Shown here: positions 45,351 through 54,000 of the stretch, one piece after another
How the letters are laid out: every line of letters begins with the position of its first letter
How positions within the stretch are numbered: position 1 is the stretch's first letter
Virus record (IMG/VR): IMGVR_UViG_2744054842_000001
Location: 1 to 64,000 of that record
Reading direction: 5' to 3' (one strand)
Length of the DNA stretch: 64,000 nucleotides
Origin: a virus
Taxonomy: Duplodnaviria; Caudoviricetes
Translations under genes and position numbers: made by a program
The notes under the pieces: model-generated
What the model was told of the DNA's origin: nothing
The model's database searches: none
What the model saw: only the letters and a program-made list of their open reading frames with translations

Positions 45351-46052
45351 TTAAGCAGCACCAGCCATTTCGGTTGCGACCAACACACCCTCGCTCGCGA
45401 GAATTGTCTCGGCTGATTCAAGTGCCTCGTCAACCATTTCCGTTAGTGTATCGAAAATTTTTTTTCGCCACCGCTGCCTCGTCCGTTCGCTATTCGCATT
45501 AAGGTCCCAGGTGTTTATGTCGTAGAACTCGGCCGGGAGCACGATCATGTCGGTGGAGCGCTTCACATACTGCTCGCGGCGCGCCTGCCCGGCGTCCTCT
45601 GGCATCTCTCCGCCAGCCAGATGCTTGCCCACGCCAGCGGTGAGGGAATCGAACTCTGCGCGCTCTCGGGCCGACCGGCTGGCCACCTCATGCCCCGAGT
45701 GCGCCTGCACGCCCTTCACCGGTGGAATTGCCCAGGCGGTGACCGCCTTGTACCGAAACAGGTTCGGCGCCTGCGTGGCGATCAGCGGTACCAGCTTGCC
45801 GATCGCATCCACCTTCTTGGCCTTGTGGGTCGAGAACCTGGCCGTCAGCGCATTCCAGTGCCGCGGGATCAGCTTGCTGTGCAGGCGGGCGTGCACCCAG
45901 CAGTCGACCAGCATCGCCGCATCCTTCCCGGAGATCTCCCCCTTCAGCTTCGAGGCCTGGACCTTCGGCTCGAAGTCGCCGCCGCCCACCCCGCTCATGG
46001 TTTCTGCCGCGAGGGCACGCACTACTGCCGCCAAAACGCTCTGATACTTCAT
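45351..46052 (-). CDS. Late antiterminator (Q-like)
   Basis: Last nin-region gene; FYDINTWD..ERTRQRW C-terminal HTH-like region. Confidence 0.65.
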   Translation of the reverse strand: MKYQSVLAAVVRALAAETMSGVGGGDFEPKVQASKLKGEISGKDAAMLVDCWVHARLHSKLIPRHWNALTARFSTHKAKKVDAIGKLVPLIATQAPNLFRYKAVTAWAIPPVKGVQAHSGHEVASRSARERAEFDSLTAGVGKHLAGGEMPEDAGQARREQYVKRSTDMIVLPAEFYDINTWDLNANSERTRQRWRKKIFDTLTEMVDEALESAETILASEGVLVATEMAGAA

Positions 46053-46195
46053 TGCTTGCCCCCTGCCTGCTTGGCCTTGCTCAAGATGAATTCTTCGTAG
46101 CTGCGCTTGCGGCGCACGGCGCCTGCCCATGACAGCGCCACACCGGCCACCACCATGAGGGCAGCCATAATCAAAAACCCCCACGCTGGCGTCAT
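46049..46195 (-). CDS. 48-aa membrane peptide
   Basis: MTPAWGFLIMAALMVVAGVALSW; ATGA overlaps on both sides. Confidence 0.5.
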   Translation of the reverse strand: MTPAWGFLIMAALMVVAGVALSWAGAVRRKRSYEEFILSKAKQAGGKQ

Positions 46196-46285
46196 GCCGC
46201 TGCCCTCCTCAGGTCTTTTAGTTTTTGCCGGTACAGAGCCTTGATGGCCTGCAGGTCTTCGATGGTTGCTCGGCTTATCCTCATC
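46192..46285 (-). pseudogene. Orphan 3' end of a displaced ninG
   Basis: TIEDLQAIKALYRQKLKDLRRAAA, a typical NinG C-terminus. Confidence 0.6.
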
Positions 46286-46288
46286 GCT

Positions 46289-46921
46289 TCAGGACCTCTT
46301 GTGGGGCAGAGCATGAAGATCCAGGTATTCGTTCCTGGTTTTGATCGCTTGATCGATATCGTCAAACCTGCCGAGACGAATCTGTCTACGCTGCCACTGG
46401 ACTTTCGCCACCCACTTACCCCTGTCCCACGAGACTCCGACATGACCACTGGTGTTCTTGTCCGTGATCCTCCGATTCGCCGCCTGGACGTTGTAATCGA
46501 CGTATCTGCAGTTCTCAGGGCAATACCCTTTGCTCGACTCAATACGGTCCAAGGTCAGTTGGTCGGTGTAGCCATTCGCCAGGGACCACTCCATGAACGG
46601 CTCGAAGTTCATCCACTCATCACAGAGGGTGACGCCGGCGTACTTTTCCACCTCCGAACCCCGAGGATTGAGGCAGCGGCGCTTCATGTTTGCCCAGGTG
46701 ACGTGGAGTCGACTGTTGGCGTTGTTGAGGCCGTGCGTGGAGCGCGTGCGCCCTCCCCGCTTGTTGGCGCAGGGCGGACAGCACCCAGTCATGGACTTCA
46801 AGCGATCCATGCGCGACGAGAACTCGACGCTGCATGTGCAGCACTGGAATACACCCATCGACCGGTTTGTCCCTGAGCGTTGCTCCACAAAGGTCCTGAG
46901 CGGAATTACCTCGCTACCCAT
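46289..46921 (-). CDS. HNH/AP2-type homing endonuclease
   Basis: WANMKRRC..CDEWMNFEPF..LTLDRIESSKGYCPENCR..NTSGHVGVSW..LGRF. Confidence 0.88.
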   Translation of the reverse strand: MGSEVIPLRTFVEQRSGTNRSMGVFQCCTCSVEFSSRMDRLKSMTGCCPPCANKRGGRTRSTHGLNNANSRLHVTWANMKRRCLNPRGSEVEKYAGVTLCDEWMNFEPFMEWSLANGYTDQLTLDRIESSKGYCPENCRYVDYNVQAANRRITDKNTSGHVGVSWDRGKWVAKVQWQRRQIRLGRFDDIDQAIKTRNEYLDLHALPHKRS

Positions 46922-47519
46922 AGCAAACCTCCTCCTGCCGTTTTTCGAGGCGCCGCGCTTTCTTGCTGAACACCGCCTTGACCCGCCTCAGATATGGGAT
47001 GTCGTGACGAGCGACGTCGCTGTTGCACTCCAGCCAATCAACCTTGGCCTGGCCGATCTTCTCGATGAGCGCCGGCCTGTAAGCCATGATGTTTCCGCTC
47101 AGGAAGTTGTTGCAGGCGCTGCAGGACTTGTTCATGTTCCAGAGGTTGAAGCGCAGGTGCGGGGCGGCGCCGACGCTACGGAAGTGGGAGCAGTGCCATT
47201 GCCCCTGCCATGAGGCCGGCTTGCTGCAACTGATGCAGCCAAGGTGAGCGTCCCGCAAGCGAACGTAGCGATTAATCGCTGCCTGGGCTTCCTTGGCGTA
47301 CTCGGCCCGGCTCTTCAGCTTCTCCCGGCGTGCCTTGAGGTCTTCCCGGGCCTGCCGGGTGATGGCCTTGGCTGCCACCTTCTGCACCTTCGAATCCTTC
47401 GACATGGCCAGCGCACAGGCGATGCTGCACACCTTCTGTGTGGTCATGGTCGGCTTGAAGGGCTTGCCGCAACCTGGTGCCTTGCACTTCTTGAGCTTGA
47501 TCTCCTTGATCGCAGTCAT
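46914..47519 (-). CDS. ninG: NinG/Rap recombination endonuclease
   Basis: NRYVRLRD..CISC..HFRSVGAAPHLRFN..CSACNNFLSGN. Confidence 0.92.
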   Translation of the reverse strand: MTAIKEIKLKKCKAPGCGKPFKPTMTTQKVCSIACALAMSKDSKVQKVAAKAITRQAREDLKARREKLKSRAEYAKEAQAAINRYVRLRDAHLGCISCSKPASWQGQWHCSHFRSVGAAPHLRFNLWNMNKSCSACNNFLSGNIMAYRPALIEKIGQAKVDWLECNSDVARHDIPYLRRVKAVFSKKARRLEKRQEEVCYG

Positions 47520-47767
47520 CAGCGATCCTCCCGTTTCTGCCGCTGGTAGAAGCTCGTGACTACCTCGGCCAGGAACCGGCAGCCCATCTCACTTAGCCCG
47601 CTGGCGAAGTCCGCCGCGGCACCGGCGCGCCCGGCGTACTCTTGATCCAGTCGCTGAGCCACTGCGGAACAGAAGGAGCCAATATCCTCGGCGTCCATCT
47701 CTTTCACGACCTTCTCGGCCGAGAGGAACACAGTGGTTTGCGTTGTGATTCCAAGTCCGTCGCTCAT
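47519..47767 (-). CDS. Hypothetical nin-region protein
   Basis: 82 aa, coupled overlaps. Confidence 0.6.
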   Translation of the reverse strand: MSDGLGITTQTTVFLSAEKVVKEMDAEDIGSFCSAVAQRLDQEYAGRAGAAADFASGLSEMGCRFLAEVVTSFYQRQKREDR

Positions 47768-48234
47768 GCCGCCTCCTCGCTGAGCAAGTCGCTGAACACC
47801 ACGCCCTGCGGCGCGAACTCGGCCACGATGCGGTCGGTGTACTGGCAGCCCTGGGCCCGATCGAACAGTCGGGTAACCGGGAAGCCATCCGGCCCGAACA
47901 TCGCGCACGGCCCCATCAGGCGAAGCTTCACCTCATACGGCAGGTGGATGAACGACTCGGCCCAGCCGGTGCGGAACTCTGCGCAGCCGGCCCGCATGAT
48001 CGGCACGCCGAAATGCAGCTTGCAGTACCGGCGCACATCCTCGATGTCGCCCATCTCGGTGCTCTTGGCGATTCGGTCGTACATGGCGAACCACAGCGCG
48101 TTCTGGTCCAGTGTGCGGTCCTTACCCGGGCGCATGCTGACCACGACGAACTTCTTGTCGCGGAACATGCGGGTGAGCATGGTCACGGCCTCGGAGAGCT
48201 TGGACTGACTGTTCACGCTGATCTTTTCAGCCAT
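47764..48234 (-). CDS. NinB-like protein
   Basis: RTLDQNALW motif. Confidence 0.65.
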   Translation of the reverse strand: MAEKISVNSQSKLSEAVTMLTRMFRDKKFVVVSMRPGKDRTLDQNALWFAMYDRIAKSTEMGDIEDVRRYCKLHFGVPIMRAGCAEFRTGWAESFIHLPYEVKLRLMGPCAMFGPDGFPVTRLFDRAQGCQYTDRIVAEFAPQGVVFSDLLSEEAA

Positions 48235-48436
48235 GGGCGCGGCCCTCCAGTTCAGCCATCGACCGGATAAGCTCGCGGTCATGTTCGACCAGGCCCTTGG
48301 CTTTGTCGTGCAGCCCTCTTCCGCGCACGCCTGGAAACGGCATGGCCCTGTACAGGTCCCAACCGAGGTACCACCTCGACAGGGTCATCTGCGCGTCCAT
48401 TACTCGCATCCGGATCAATAGGCTTCTCATGCTCAT
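48227..48436 (-). CDS. Hypothetical protein
   Basis: 69 aa, coupled overlaps. Confidence 0.5.
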   Translation of the reverse strand: MSMRSLLIRMRVMDAQMTLSRWYLGWDLYRAMPFPGVRGRGLHDKAKGLVEHDRELIRSMAELEGRAHG

Positions 48437-48753
48437 GGCGCCACCTTCAGGCCCTGGACCTCGATCGCAGAACGCAGCGACTCACGCATGTCACGCTCAA
48501 TGCTGGCCGGGTAGTCGTCGAACTTCGGCAACTCCACCACCACAGCCTCGCGCGAGGCCTGCCAGGCCCACCATGCCGCAGCAACCCCAGCCTGCGAATA
48601 CGAGTCGCCCACTCGAGCTTCCTGGATGGCCTGCAGAAGCTCGTCACGCATGAACTCTTTCATTCGCTCAGAGGCGCCATTCTTTTCGCCCTGAAGGGCA
48701 GTTGCTTGAGCGAACGCAACTTCGAACTGCTCGCGCATCTTGTTGGTGTCCAT
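48433..48753 (-). CDS. Phage protein (MREQFE..AWWAWQASR family)
   Basis: Motif common in Pseudomonas phage nin regions. Confidence 0.7.
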   Translation of the reverse strand: MDTNKMREQFEVAFAQATALQGEKNGASERMKEFMRDELLQAIQEARVGDSYSQAGVAAAWWAWQASREAVVVELPKFDDYPASIERDMRESLRSAIEVQGLKVAP

Positions 48754-48962
48754 CAGTGCTTCTCCTCAAGCTTGTTCAGCAGCCAGGCGGTAGGAATGGC
48801 AGCCAGCAGGATCGCCGGGCCTGCCATGAGGACCAGCTTCGCGGGCAACCAAAGATCCAGCCCTACGGCGAACTTGACCCACAGGGTGAAGGCAGCAGAT
48901 GCCGCGATGATCACGGTCGGAGCCAGGACGATCATCAGGACTGCCTTGAGGTAATTTCGCAT
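48753..48962 (-). CDS. Small membrane protein
   Basis: 69 aa, two TMs. Confidence 0.55.
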   Translation of the reverse strand: MRNYLKAVLMIVLAPTVIIAASAAFTLWVKFAVGLDLWLPAKLVLMAGPAILLAAIPTAWLLNKLEEKH

Positions 48963-49723
48963 CACACCCCTTCCCCGGCCGGCTGCCCGGCGCGCTTGAT
49001 GTTCAACTTGGCCAGCAGGTGTGCACGGCACGCGGCGGCGCTGGTTGGGATCTGCTGAATCTCCAGCAGGCGGACCTGCTTCTGGCTGGCGTACTCGTCG
49101 GCCAGCTCGACCATGCTCTTCTGGCTGTCGTGACCGATGCCGGTGGCGATGTCGCCCAGTGGCTCGCCGGCGACCAGCATGCGGATGGTGATGTCGTAGG
49201 CCCGGGCGAACACCTTCTCGGCGCGCTCCACCTCCATCGAACCCAGGTTGTGCGCCTCGCACTGCAGGGCCGCGTGGCGCACCGCTGCATGCGACCAAAC
49301 ACGGGAACCTGCCCTGCTGGGGTGGAAGTTCTCCAGCGCCTCTGCCAGGGCCCGCGCAAGCGGCGGAATACCCATCTCTTCCGGGGTCGGCTGGCACAGC
49401 TTGATGAACTTGCCGCTGCTCGGGGCGAAGTCGGTACCCAGCACCCGGCACTTCTGGATGCCGAAGCGGATCTGCTCGAGCGTGTTGATGCCCGCGGCTA
49501 CGAAGGACTTGATCCAGCTGCGCTTGGCAGCTTTCAGGGCCTCGTCATCCGGCCAGGCCTGCTTCCACGCCGGGAAGATGGCCTGCAGTTCCTTGAACAG
49601 GGCGTTGACCACTTCGGTGGTGCCTGGGTCCAGTTGCTTCGCCGGGGCCTGCACCTCGGCTGGCAGGTTGCGGGCCGTGGCCATGATCTGCGTCACGCTG
49701 CGCAGTTTCGGTTGTGCGGTCAT
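48962..49723 (-). CDS. Replication protein P (helicase loader)
   Basis: VNALFKELQAIFPAWKQAW..AKRSW..FAPSSGKFIKLC. Confidence 0.88.
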   Translation of the reverse strand: MTAQPKLRSVTQIMATARNLPAEVQAPAKQLDPGTTEVVNALFKELQAIFPAWKQAWPDDEALKAAKRSWIKSFVAAGINTLEQIRFGIQKCRVLGTDFAPSSGKFIKLCQPTPEEMGIPPLARALAEALENFHPSRAGSRVWSHAAVRHAALQCEAHNLGSMEVERAEKVFARAYDITIRMLVAGEPLGDIATGIGHDSQKSMVELADEYASQKQVRLLEIQQIPTSAAACRAHLLAKLNIKRAGQPAGEGV

Positions 49724-50463
49724 AAGCCCCCCAGGTCATCAGCCCAGCTGATGTCGTTGAAGTCGGGACCGCTGCGGCGCTGGCCCTGCTGGGCACCTGG
49801 CAGCACCCTCTCCGGGAACAGGCCGGTCCAGCCGTTGCTGATCGACTGGTTGATCACCGCGTCGGGTGCGTGGTGGCCGGCCAGGGTCTTGGCCTGCTTC
49901 GCGCAGGTGGTGGCGGTCAGCGGCTTGCGGATCTCTTTACGGTGCTGACACCAGTCGGCCCATACGGCGGTGTTGACGTTGGACGGGCAGGCGGTCAGAG
50001 GGTCAAACTTCGAGGCCTTGCGCGAAGCGGTCGGGGACGCCTTGGCGGCCGCGCGCTCACCCTCAGTTGTACTGTTGCTCTTTGTATTACTCTCCTCCGC
50101 CTTTTCCGAAGAGGGGTCACCGTGTTTTCCGAATAGGGTCGTCGTGTTTTCCGAATAGGTATTCGACTTTCCGAATAGGTTCGTGAGACGCACACGACGC
50201 TCTACGACCTGCCGACCATCACGGATCAGTTCGACCCGCAAAAGACCCTTGGCCGACAAAGCACTGATGATCTCGGACACGCGAGAGCTCGACAGGCCAA
50301 AGAACCTGGCGAAATGGCTGTTGCTGGCGTAGCAGCCGCGGACAGGGTCTTGCAGGCTACCAATCTCCACCATCATCACCTTCTCGGTGATCGACAGGGA
50401 GTGGTCGAGCCAGACCTCGGCAGGGATCCATACGCCCTTGAATTGACGCGGGATGTCGGTCAT
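49720..50463 (-). CDS. Replication initiator (O-like, N-terminal HTH)
   Basis: FKGVWIP..CYASNSHFA; C-terminal WADWCQHRK..SISNGWTGLF; internal iterons. Confidence 0.88.
   Translation of the reverse strand: MTDIPRQFKGVWIPAEVWLDHSLSITEKVMMVEIGSLQDPVRGCYASNSHFARFFGLSSSRVSEIISALSAKGLLRVELIRDGRQVVERRVRLTNLFGKSNTYSENTTTLFGKHGDPSSEKAEESNTKSNSTTEGERAAAKASPTASRKASKFDPLTACPSNVNTAVWADWCQHRKEIRKPLTATTCAKQAKTLAGHHAPDAVINQSISNGWTGLFPERVLPGAQQGQRRSGPDFNDISWADDLGGL
50103..50179. repeat. Four iterons TTTCCGAA(T/G)AGG, phage replication origin
   Basis: Copies at about 50103, 50126, 50148 and 50168 inside the O-like gene, as in lambda ori. Confidence 0.8.
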
Positions 50464-50915
50464 TGGCCGTGCTCCTTGGCCATGCAGGCAAGAAGCTCCG
50501 CGTCATCGGCCATCGCCTTATCGATGGCCTGGTCGGCAGCTTCGGACTCAAGCCAGAAATGGCGCCCATCGGTAATCCCTACCGCCCGGGCGCAGTTGTT
50601 GTAGGGGAAGTCGCGCATGTAGCGATACCGCTTAGCGTCTTCTCGCAGTGCGTCGTTCTCGGAATGGATCTGATCGCCCTCATCATCGAGGCTGGTGATC
50701 AGATCGCGGACAGCCTTCGCAGCAACCTCGAGCGACTCGTGACGCGGATGAACGCCGTTCTCGATCAGCAAAACGAGTTCCTTGGCTGCCTCCATGAGCT
50801 CGCAATACAACGAGTAGTCACCGATTCCGGCAGCGGTGACACGTCCGCCCGCCAGCTGCATGCCCAGGTGAATCGGCTCGACAGGGGCTTCAACAACAAG
50901 AGTCACGACTTTCAT
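50460..50915 (-). CDS. Hypothetical phage protein
   Basis: ALREDAKRYRYMRD motif. Confidence 0.65.
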   Translation of the reverse strand: MKVVTLVVEAPVEPIHLGMQLAGGRVTAAGIGDYSLYCELMEAAKELVLLIENGVHPRHESLEVAAKAVRDLITSLDDEGDQIHSENDALREDAKRYRYMRDFPYNNCARAVGITDGRHFWLESEAADQAIDKAMADDAELLACMAKEHGQ

Positions 50916-51715
50916 GGGCGACCCTTCCCTGCCAGTTCAACCAGTTCAGGGAAGCGATCCACGTACCAGTGGGGCTGCGTTTCGCGTGGGCATTGAGGGC
51001 TGGTCAAGTTCTTGCCATAGCGAAGCCCTTTGTCGGTGATTGCCCAGAACGTGACCGTCTCCTGCTTGGAGTTCTTGCGCTGCATGACCTTGAGCAGGCC
51101 GGCCTGCTGCAGCGCCTTGTTGAACGAAGCTGGCGACATGCGAATGCCGTTGTCCTTGAGCAAGGCGGTCAGGGCCTTGGTCGGCAACGAACTGCCGCCA
51201 GCTGCGTCAGCCGGCGCATCCACGGCATAGCTGGGCAGGAACTTAGGATCGAGGCCGTTGTTCTCGGCGATCTTGGTCAGCATCTGCATCTGGCAAGACG
51301 CGGCTGGCTTCAGGAGGCGCGTGAAGCACTCCATGATGGCGATCTCGCCTATCACCTTGGTGCCGTTGGCCATGACCGCCTGGCGTGCTTCGGACTGGCC
51401 TTCCAGTTCACGCCAGCGGCGAATCACCTTCATGCGCAGCCCAGCGCTATAGCCGGTCAGCAAGCAGTCGGTGTGCTCGCGATCAAGCAGATACTCGACC
51501 TGCTCGCGGTTCTGCCCGTCCAAGTAGATGTGCTCAAAACTGAGTACATCTGCTTTCAGTTCGGCCAGCATGGCCACAATGTCACGCTTAACGTTGGCGT
51601 GACGCTTGCCAGTCAAGCTGGCGATCTCTCGCGACGACATCGTGCGCGCCACGAAATCGTGGTTCGCATTTTGTGGCGCGGGCCTGGACAGGGCCTGTAC
51701 ACTTTGGGTCTGCAT
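50912..51715 (-). CDS. Rha-family regulator / antirepressor
   Basis: TMSSREIASLTGKRHANVKRDI..LLTGYSAGLRMKVIRRWRELE. Confidence 0.9.
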   Translation of the reverse strand: MQTQSVQALSRPAPQNANHDFVARTMSSREIASLTGKRHANVKRDIVAMLAELKADVLSFEHIYLDGQNREQVEYLLDREHTDCLLTGYSAGLRMKVIRRWRELEGQSEARQAVMANGTKVIGEIAIMECFTRLLKPAASCQMQMLTKIAENNGLDPKFLPSYAVDAPADAAGGSSLPTKALTALLKDNGIRMSPASFNKALQQAGLLKVMQRKNSKQETVTFWAITDKGLRYGKNLTSPQCPRETQPHWYVDRFPELVELAGKGRP

Positions 51716-51843
51716 AGGTAAAATTCCTGAACAGAGTTTTTGTTATGCAGAGAGCCGGGCCGCAATCCCGGCTTTTTTGTCTCTGCGTTTTGGCGTCCCT
51801 TATCAGGGACTGGCGCCCGGGTCCCTAATTAGGGATCGGACGG

Positions 51844-52056
51844 TTACCTCGGCGCCGCGAACGGCACCACGTTGTTGCTCTTGGGCTTCCCCCGCTGCGC
51901 GAGGAAGTGCGTGGCCTTCTTCAGGATCTGCGCGGCAAGCTCGTCGGTGCTGACACCAACCTCCTCCGCCCAGGCCTCCAGGTCCGCGAAGTCATTCCGG
52001 CGGAACCGGGCGACCTCTACGTCGTGCTGCTGTACCGCTTCGTTTGCAGGCGACAT
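51844..52056 (-). CDS. Small RHH-like protein (paralog of 52352-52531)
   Basis: LEAWAEEVGVSTDELAAQIL..NVVPF. Confidence 0.6.
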   Translation of the reverse strand: MSPANEAVQQHDVEVARFRRNDFADLEAWAEEVGVSTDELAAQILKKATHFLAQRGKPKSNNVVPFAAPR

Positions 52057-52075
52057 TCGTCCTCCCTTGACCTAT

Positions 52076-52282
52076 TCAGGCCCTGGCCTTCTTCTCGTTG
52101 ATCAGCGGCAGGTGGCCGTGCTCTTTCTTGAACGCCAGCGCGGCCAGGATGATTTCCCGGGCCAACACGCTGTGCTGAGCCTTGAGCTCCAGGGCGTATC
52201 CCTTCAGCTCGTTGAAGTCCTCGTCATCCAAGCGGACCTTGACCTGGTGGTCGTGTCGGTGTGCTTTGTCGTCGTAGGCCAT
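52076..52282 (-). CDS. Small RHH-like protein (paralog of 52550-52738)
   Basis: HRHDHQVKVRLDDE..SVLAREII. Confidence 0.7.
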   Translation of the reverse strand: MAYDDKAHRHDHQVKVRLDDEDFNELKGYALELKAQHSVLAREIILAALAFKKEHGHLPLINEKKARA

Positions 52283-52351
52283 CAAGTGATCCCCTGCTCG
52301 CTGCTGCTTCAGTAGGTCGGTCGGGCTTATCAGTTACGCGTCAGGGCCTAT

Positions 52352-52531
52352 TCAGGCCTTTCGGTGGAACGGCATTACTGCCCCCCGCGGACTGCGGGGC
52401 TTGGTTCGGTTGGCCAGTTCTCGACGGATCAGGTCGGCTGCGAGCGCTTCAGGGCTGATGCCCCGTCTCGTCGCCTCTCGCTCCAGTTGCTCCATCAGTC
52501 CCTGGTCCAATCCGATGTCTTCAATCGGCAT
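52352..52531 (-). CDS. 59-aa RHH-like protein (not in ORF track)
   Basis: AGGAGG RBS; LEREATRRGISPEALAADLI..AVMPF. Confidence 0.6.
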   Translation of the reverse strand: MPIEDIGLDQGLMEQLEREATRRGISPEALAADLIRRELANRTKPRSPRGAVMPFHRKA

Positions 52532-52549
52532 GGGGCCTCCTACGGGCCT

Positions 52550-52738
52550 TCAGGCCACGTTCTGATCGCCGGTATTCTCCGAAGCCAGGGCGGCCAATTG
52601 AGCTTCGAGCAGCTCACGACAGAGCACGGCGCGCTGGGTGCGGTGAAACTTGGCCAGCGCCTGAATCAGTTCGAACGTGTCCTCATCGACCCGGACCTTG
52701 ATCTCGCGGTCATGCAGGTGATTGCGGTTGGCGTACAT
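52550..52738 (-). CDS. Small RHH-like protein in the cII position
   Basis: HLHDREIKVRVDED..AVLCRELL. Confidence 0.7.
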   Translation of the reverse strand: MYANRNHLHDREIKVRVDEDTFELIQALAKFHRTQRAVLCRELLEAQLAALASENTGDQNVA

Positions 52739-52768
52739 GCGGGAGTAGCTCCTTGCAGTTGGAATTGG

Positions 52769-52984
52769 TTAGGCGGCGACTTGTGCCGGCGGGAAGGCAT
52801 CATCAAGGGCGCAACTGGCGCCCAGGACGTTCAGCGCTTCCACGATTTGGCGCGCCTCTTGAAGGCCCGGATTCCTGAGGCCTGATTCGTAATTCGCCAG
52901 GCGGGACTGATTCCAGCCGAGCTGACGGCGCAGCGCTGCCTGGGTAACGCCAGCCCTTTCGCGGATCGTTCGGACTTGGTTCAT
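52769..52984 (-). CDS. cro: Cro-like repressor
   Basis: IRERAGVTQAAL..WNQSRLANYESGLRNP; divergent from cI. Confidence 0.85.
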   Translation of the reverse strand: MNQVRTIRERAGVTQAALRRQLGWNQSRLANYESGLRNPGLQEARQIVEALNVLGASCALDDAFPPAQVAA

Positions 52985-53015
52985 ACGGTCTTCCTCCATT
53001 GATGACCGAAGGATA

Positions 53016-53075
53016 AACACGCATCGTGTTAATTGCAATCACAATAAGTGAAAGCCGGGTATTTCGTTTCGTGAT
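53016..53075. promoter_or_regulatory. OR operators (three 15-bp sites, AWCAC-N5-GTGWW)
   Basis: AACACGCATCGTGTT, ATCACAATAAGTGAA, ATTTCGTTTCGTGAT at 22-23-bp spacing. Confidence 0.75.
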
Positions 53076-53087
53076 GAAATTCCGCGC

Positions 53088-53894
53088 ATGAACGAATCAT
53101 TGAGCCAGCGCATCAAGCGCCTGAGAAAAGCCAAAGGGATGTCCCAGGCCCAACTTGCTGAGGCCTGCGGCTGGAAATCGCAATCCCGGGTTGGTAACTA
53201 TGAGGTCGGCACTCGCGAGCCTACCTTGGCGGATATCGCCTCGATGGCAGCAGCCTTGGGCGTGGACCAGTCCGAGCTGCTCCTGAATTCGCCGGCGCCT
53301 GAACCAACTGCCGCGCCTGAGCGGAGCATGGCCGATCTTGTGAAGCAGATGCTCGCAAAGAGCGGAAAAGGCTTTTCCGAAGAGGCGCGCCGCCGGCTTC
53401 TCGCAGCAGCTGAGGAGCCGCAACCGTCAAACGTGATTGAGGCTGACTTCTCCCGCCCAGGCCTGGTAGGTGATGAGGTGTGGATTGCCCACTACGATGT
53501 CCGGGCATCGATGGGCGGAGGTCAGAGCGCGCACGACTTTCCAGAGCTGCTCAAGGACATCCGCGTCAGCCCGAGCCATCTCCGTGAGCTGGGCGTCGAG
53601 TTCGAAGAGCACTTCCACCTGAAGGTGGTCACCGGATGGGGCCAGTCGATGGAGCCCACCATCAAGCACCGCGACCCGCTGATCGTGAACATCAACGTCC
53701 GCGAGTTCGTGGGCGACGGGATCTACCTCTTCGTCTGGGATGACCTGCTCTACATCAAGCGCCTGCAGGTGGCTGATGAGGAGCACTTCGAGATGATTTC
53801 GGACAACCCGAGGCACAAGGATCGGCTGATCCGCCGGGATATGACCTACATCCAGGCCAGGGTGCTGCTGGTGTGGAATGCTCATCTAGTGTGA
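53088..53894 (+). CDS. cI: CI-like repressor (HTH + S24 peptidase)
   Basis: N-terminal XRE HTH; GQSMEPTI and YIKRL catalytic Ser/Lys. Confidence 0.93.
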   Translation: MNESLSQRIKRLRKAKGMSQAQLAEACGWKSQSRVGNYEVGTREPTLADIASMAAALGVDQSELLLNSPAPEPTAAPERSMADLVKQMLAKSGKGFSEEARRRLLAAAEEPQPSNVIEADFSRPGLVGDEVWIAHYDVRASMGGGQSAHDFPELLKDIRVSPSHLRELGVEFEEHFHLKVVTGWGQSMEPTIKHRDPLIVNINVREFVGDGIYLFVWDDLLYIKRLQVADEEHFEMISDNPRHKDRLIRRDMTYIQARVLLVWNAHLV

Positions 53895-54000
53895 AATTAC
53901 TCGCAGCCGGACAGGCCCAAACCCGGTTTCTTTTAGCAACGCGCGTGACTGTAATTCCATTAGCTACGCCTATCTCGCTGAACATACTCAGAAGGAAGGA

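Noticed and set aside
50103-50179. Mini-CRISPR or second guide array
   Set aside because: Short 20-23-bp-spaced repeats inside the O-like gene fit replication iterons.
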